Origin: Phycisphaerales bacterium
GTDB taxonomy: Bacteria; Planctomycetota; Phycisphaerae; WQYP01
Direction of reading: 5' to 3'
NCBI GenBank assembly: GCA_027313145.1
Contig: DAHVEJ010000002.1
Span: 8,843 to 70,218, forward strand
DNA length: 61,376 nt
Below the pieces are notes generated by a model. The model saw nothing but the letters and a program-made list of their open reading frames with translations, ran no database searches and was not told where the DNA came from. Of the stretch, positions 58,291 to 61,376 are shown piece by piece; position 1 is the stretch's first letter, and each line of letters opens with the position of its first letter. Made by a program: the position numbers and the translations under genes.

Positions 58291-61191
58291 ATGGGCAGGA
58301 GACACGCATTGCAGGTTAATGGTGAGCAACTCCAAGAGGTGTTGAAGCTTTACGATGCGGGGCAATACCTTCAGGCTTATGAGAAGGGATGCGGCCTGGC
58401 ACCCTTGCCGCAATGGAAAGGCGTTGCGGGGCGGATCATGGCGGGCCGGCTGGCGGGAAATCTGGGTGGGGGGAAGATGGGAATAGTCTTGCACTATTTA
58501 GCCTATCGCGAACATCCCGATGAACCGGAGGCCTGGTATTATTATGCGTTTGTGATTTTAGGTTGGCGCGGCCCCCTGGAAGCGTGGCAATTTCTTAGCG
58601 ACCATTCGATGCCCCATAGTGCGTCACTGGAATTGCAGGCACATTGGTACGCCATAAAAGCTCGAATTCTGGGAACTATGCGCGACTTTAAAGGCGCACA
58701 CCGCATGCTGGCCGCCGCTGAAGAGATACATCCGGATGATGCGTGGCTCGCCGTGGAGCATAGCGGCGTACTGGAGCGGGAGGATCGCTATGATGAGGCT
58801 CTGTCTGTAATCATGCGGGGATTGGAGATTCGTCCATGGTACCGGCCCGCGGTGCAGTCCGCAGCCCATTTGATGCAATTATTGGATCAGGAAGATCAGT
58901 CGCTGGAGCTATTGCGACAGGCAACGGTGCGAAATCAAAGTATGGCCCTGGTATTGCAATTGGCCGCCTTGCAAACTGAAATGCGCCACTATCCGGAAGC
59001 TCGGTTGAACTATTCTCGGGCCATTGAATTGTCCCCGCTGATGGACAGACGACTACGTGACTGGCTTTATGGAATGCAGTCGGACGCCGCCTATTTTTGC
59101 GCCGATTATTCCGCCGCCGTCGATCTGGCGGAAAAATCTAAAAATCATTTCTATCAGAAAATTGCAGTTAAATTAAAAGCCGCTGAGAAAGACGGCAAGC
59201 GGGTCATGTTGCCGGTGGGTTTTGTAAGGCAACATCACCTGACCTGCGGACCGGCGGTGGTGGCCTGCCTCGGGCGATTCTGGCAAAGGCCGGTGGATCA
59301 GCAGACGCTGGCAAAAGAAATCTGTTACGACGGCACGCCCAATCACGCACTGCGGCAATGGGCCAATGAGCACGGTTGGCTGGTACGCGAATTTCGCGTG
59401 ACATGGCAGGCCGCCAAGTCGCTTATTGACCGGGGCATACCCTTTGCGCTCTCGACGGTGGAGCCGGGCAACGCTCATCTGCAGGCCGTTATCGGATACG
59501 ACGATCTGCGCGGAACATTGATAATTCGAGATCCCTATATTCGTCCGGTGGTCGAATTTGTCTCGGAGATCACGCTGGAACGCTACGCCTCTACCGGGCC
59601 GCTGGGAATTGTACTGGTCCCGGAGGAGAAAAAGCAGCTTCTGGATCAAGTCAGCTTGTGCGACGAATCGCTTTACGATCAGCTTCACGCCCTGAACGCC
59701 GCATTACACCGACATGACCGTGATGCCGCCTGTGCGGCCTGTGCCAACCTTCGCGCCGCGGCACCGGAACACCGCCTGACGCTTACGGCCCAACAGGCTA
59801 TTGCCGCGTACGATGCCGATCCCGTGGGGCTGCTTGATTGTTATGAGAAACTTCTTGCCCTGTTTCCGGCGGATTCCGGACTGTTGATCGCGAAGCTGCA
59901 ATGCCTGAAGACTTTGGCGCGTCGGGATCAACGCATCGACATGCTTGGAAAAATATGCGACTCTTCAACCGCGCATCCGATATTCCTGGAGATGTATGCA
60001 AAGGAGTTGATGCACGACGCGCGGCAACACACCGCGGCCCGCCGGATGTTGCGCCGGGTCATTCGAGCAATGCCGCTGGCCGCCAATGCCTATTCGGATT
60101 TGGCCTCCATATTCTGGGAGCAGCGCCGCTTTGAGGGGTCGCTGGAGCTTTATCGGTTCGCGTGCTGCCTCGACGATAAAAATGAGGACTTTGCGCGTTC
60201 TTATTTTGTTGCTTGTCGGCACTTTAAGCAGGAATCCGACGTGCTGGAAATGCTCAGGGAGCGATTTAAGCAATTCGGTGCCACGACCGGGCGGCCGGCG
60301 GAAATGCTGTTTTGGGCCTTGGACGCATTGGATCGCACCACTGAGGCTTTCGCCCTGCTGGATGAGGCCCTTGGCTTACGCCCTGAAGATGGATCGCTGT
60401 TGCTGCTGGCCGCCGACAACAATGCCCGCCACGGCCGATTAACCCAGGCGGATGCCTGCATGGCACGAGCCAAAGGGCTTTGTGCGGAACGTGAATGGTT
60501 GCGGGTAGCAGCGGATATGGTGCTCTACAAAGGTGACCCGCGCGAGGCTCTGGGACTGTGGCAAAAAATTGTCGACGCCGAACCCCTGGCGATGGACGCT
60601 CTGCGCAGGGTGACGGAATTGTTGGCACAAAGCGTCGGCACCCAGGCTGCCGAGTCCTATCTGGATGCCCATTGCGCCCGGTTTCCGCACCACTATCCTC
60701 TTCTGCAGTTGCGGGTCATCTGGTTCCGGGATCAACTGCCGCGCCGTTATGAAGCGGCGGTTCGGCAATTAATACAGTTGCATCCGCAGGACGGCTGGTC
60801 GCGTCGGGAACTGGTGGCGGCCCTGTTGGCTTTGCAGCAGTTTGACCAGGCTGCCGCCGAGGTGGAAATGGCCCTGACGTTGGAGCCTAACAATCCCGCG
60901 GGCCATTACTATTCCGGGTTAGTGGCTTTACGGCGCGGAAATCCGTCCGAGGCGGTGGCCGCGTTCAAGCGGGCGATCACCCTGTCGGTCGACTACACCC
61001 CGGCCATCCATGAGTTGCTGGCCAGTGAAAATTCTCCGGCCCAACGGAAGGCCGCTCTGGCGTTTGTACACGCCGAGATTGTCCGCCAGACGATTTTTGG
61101 CGAATGCCTGACGGCGTATCGCGAGCAGGCCGCGCAAATACTTGATGCCGATGAGGTGCTTGCTTCCCTTCAGGCCGCACTGCGGGCATGA
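58291..61191 (+). CDS. TPR-repeat protein with embedded C39-like papain-fold cysteine peptidase domain
   Basis: Peptidase segment QHHLTCGPAVVACLGRFW ... GIPFALSTVEPGNAHLQAVIGYDDLRGTLIIRDPY (Cys and His candidates), flanked by TPR-like helical repeats. Ends at a TGA that is in frame with further TPR-like sequence. Confidence 0.75.
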   Translation: MGRRHALQVNGEQLQEVLKLYDAGQYLQAYEKGCGLAPLPQWKGVAGRIMAGRLAGNLGGGKMGIVLHYLAYREHPDEPEAWYYYAFVILGWRGPLEAWQFLSDHSMPHSASLELQAHWYAIKARILGTMRDFKGAHRMLAAAEEIHPDDAWLAVEHSGVLEREDRYDEALSVIMRGLEIRPWYRPAVQSAAHLMQLLDQEDQSLELLRQATVRNQSMALVLQLAALQTEMRHYPEARLNYSRAIELSPLMDRRLRDWLYGMQSDAAYFCADYSAAVDLAEKSKNHFYQKIAVKLKAAEKDGKRVMLPVGFVRQHHLTCGPAVVACLGRFWQRPVDQQTLAKEICYDGTPNHALRQWANEHGWLVREFRVTWQAAKSLIDRGIPFALSTVEPGNAHLQAVIGYDDLRGTLIIRDPYIRPVVEFVSEITLERYASTGPLGIVLVPEEKKQLLDQVSLCDESLYDQLHALNAALHRHDRDAACAACANLRAAAPEHRLTLTAQQAIAAYDADPVGLLDCYEKLLALFPADSGLLIAKLQCLKTLARRDQRIDMLGKICDSSTAHPIFLEMYAKELMHDARQHTAARRMLRRVIRAMPLAANAYSDLASIFWEQRRFEGSLELYRFACCLDDKNEDFARSYFVACRHFKQESDVLEMLRERFKQFGATTGRPAEMLFWALDALDRTTEAFALLDEALGLRPEDGSLLLLAADNNARHGRLTQADACMARAKGLCAEREWLRVAADMVLYKGDPREALGLWQKIVDAEPLAMDALRRVTELLAQSVGTQAAESYLDAHCARFPHHYPLLQLRVIWFRDQLPRRYEAAVRQLIQLHPQDGWSRRELVAALLALQQFDQAAAEVEMALTLEPNNPAGHYYSGLVALRRGNPSEAVAAFKRAITLSVDYTPAIHELLASENSPAQRKAALAFVHAEIVRQTIFGECLTAYREQAAQILDADEVLASLQAALRA

Positions 61192-61376
61192 CCGGATTTA
61201 TGGCAAGCCTGGTCCGGTGTAACATTGCAACTCACGCAGATGGGAAAACTTGACGATGCCCGACGCCATGGCTGTGCCGCTGTGGAAAAGTTCAGCCTGT
61301 TGTCCGCGCTGTGGCTGGATTTGGCCGGGGTGTATCGGGCGATGGCGGATGCGGATCGTGAGCAAAGCGCCTTGCG
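61192..61376 (+). CDS. Partial TPR-like coding sequence, same frame as 58291-61191, no start codon, runs off the window
   Basis: Translation PDLWQAWSGVTLQLTQMGKLDDARRHGCAAVEKFSLLSALWLDLAGVYRAMADADREQSAL is open to the window end and TPR-like. The first in-frame ATG is only at 61237. Confidence 0.35.

Noticed and set aside
61189-61191. Genome-wide TGA reassignment (code 4 or 25) as the explanation for the in-frame TGA
   Set aside because: Many well-defined genes here terminate at TGA at the expected family C-terminus (rne 3865-3867, pabB 10691-10693, ATP-grasp 28095-28097, hisD 52469-52471), so TGA is a normal stop in this genome.

Overview
61,376-bp chromosomal window with about 47 credible protein-coding genes, 2 tRNAs (Val-CAC and Ala-CGC, both minus strand) and no transposase, integrase or cas gene. 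The gene content suggests a PVC-group-like Gram-negative bacterium: PEP-CTERM proteins with autotransporter-type beta-strand repeats, LpxI, a TAT-exported GH35, a LamG-bearing GH95-like hydrolase, and RNase E with an N-terminal Arg-rich extension. That taxonomic call is inference only. Housekeeping genes recognised: rne, murA, pabB, gnd, ruvX, manC, queA, hisD, holA, dsbD. Points most worth a second look: (1) 26655-37261 is a 10.6-kb same-strand block with two paralogous sets of circularly permuted ATP-grasp + alpha-E + transglutaminase-like genes, including a 1131-aa DUF2126-type protein and an 855-aa ATP-grasp/alpha-E fusion. This neighbourhood is widespread but biochemically uncharacterised, and an SRAP/YedK gene follows it 10 nt downstream. 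(2) 7692-13602 is a tightly packed, partly stop/start-overlapping operon: permease, PabB, methyltransferase, FAD oxidoreductase, type III PKS. Its last three genes resemble the srs phenolic-lipid operon. (3) 45027-45713 is a small Tudor-like + minimal CHAT/caspase-like fusion protein. (4) The left edge carries two CRISPR-like (type I-E-like) repeats, followed by about 700 bp of repeat-rich non-coding DNA. (5) lpxI is split by a frameshift at its interdomain linker. (6) An exact 25-nt hairpin element lies on both sides of manC. (7) An in-frame TGA interrupts a TPR / C39-like peptidase gene at the right edge. All family assignments come from motif recognition by eye; no database search was run.
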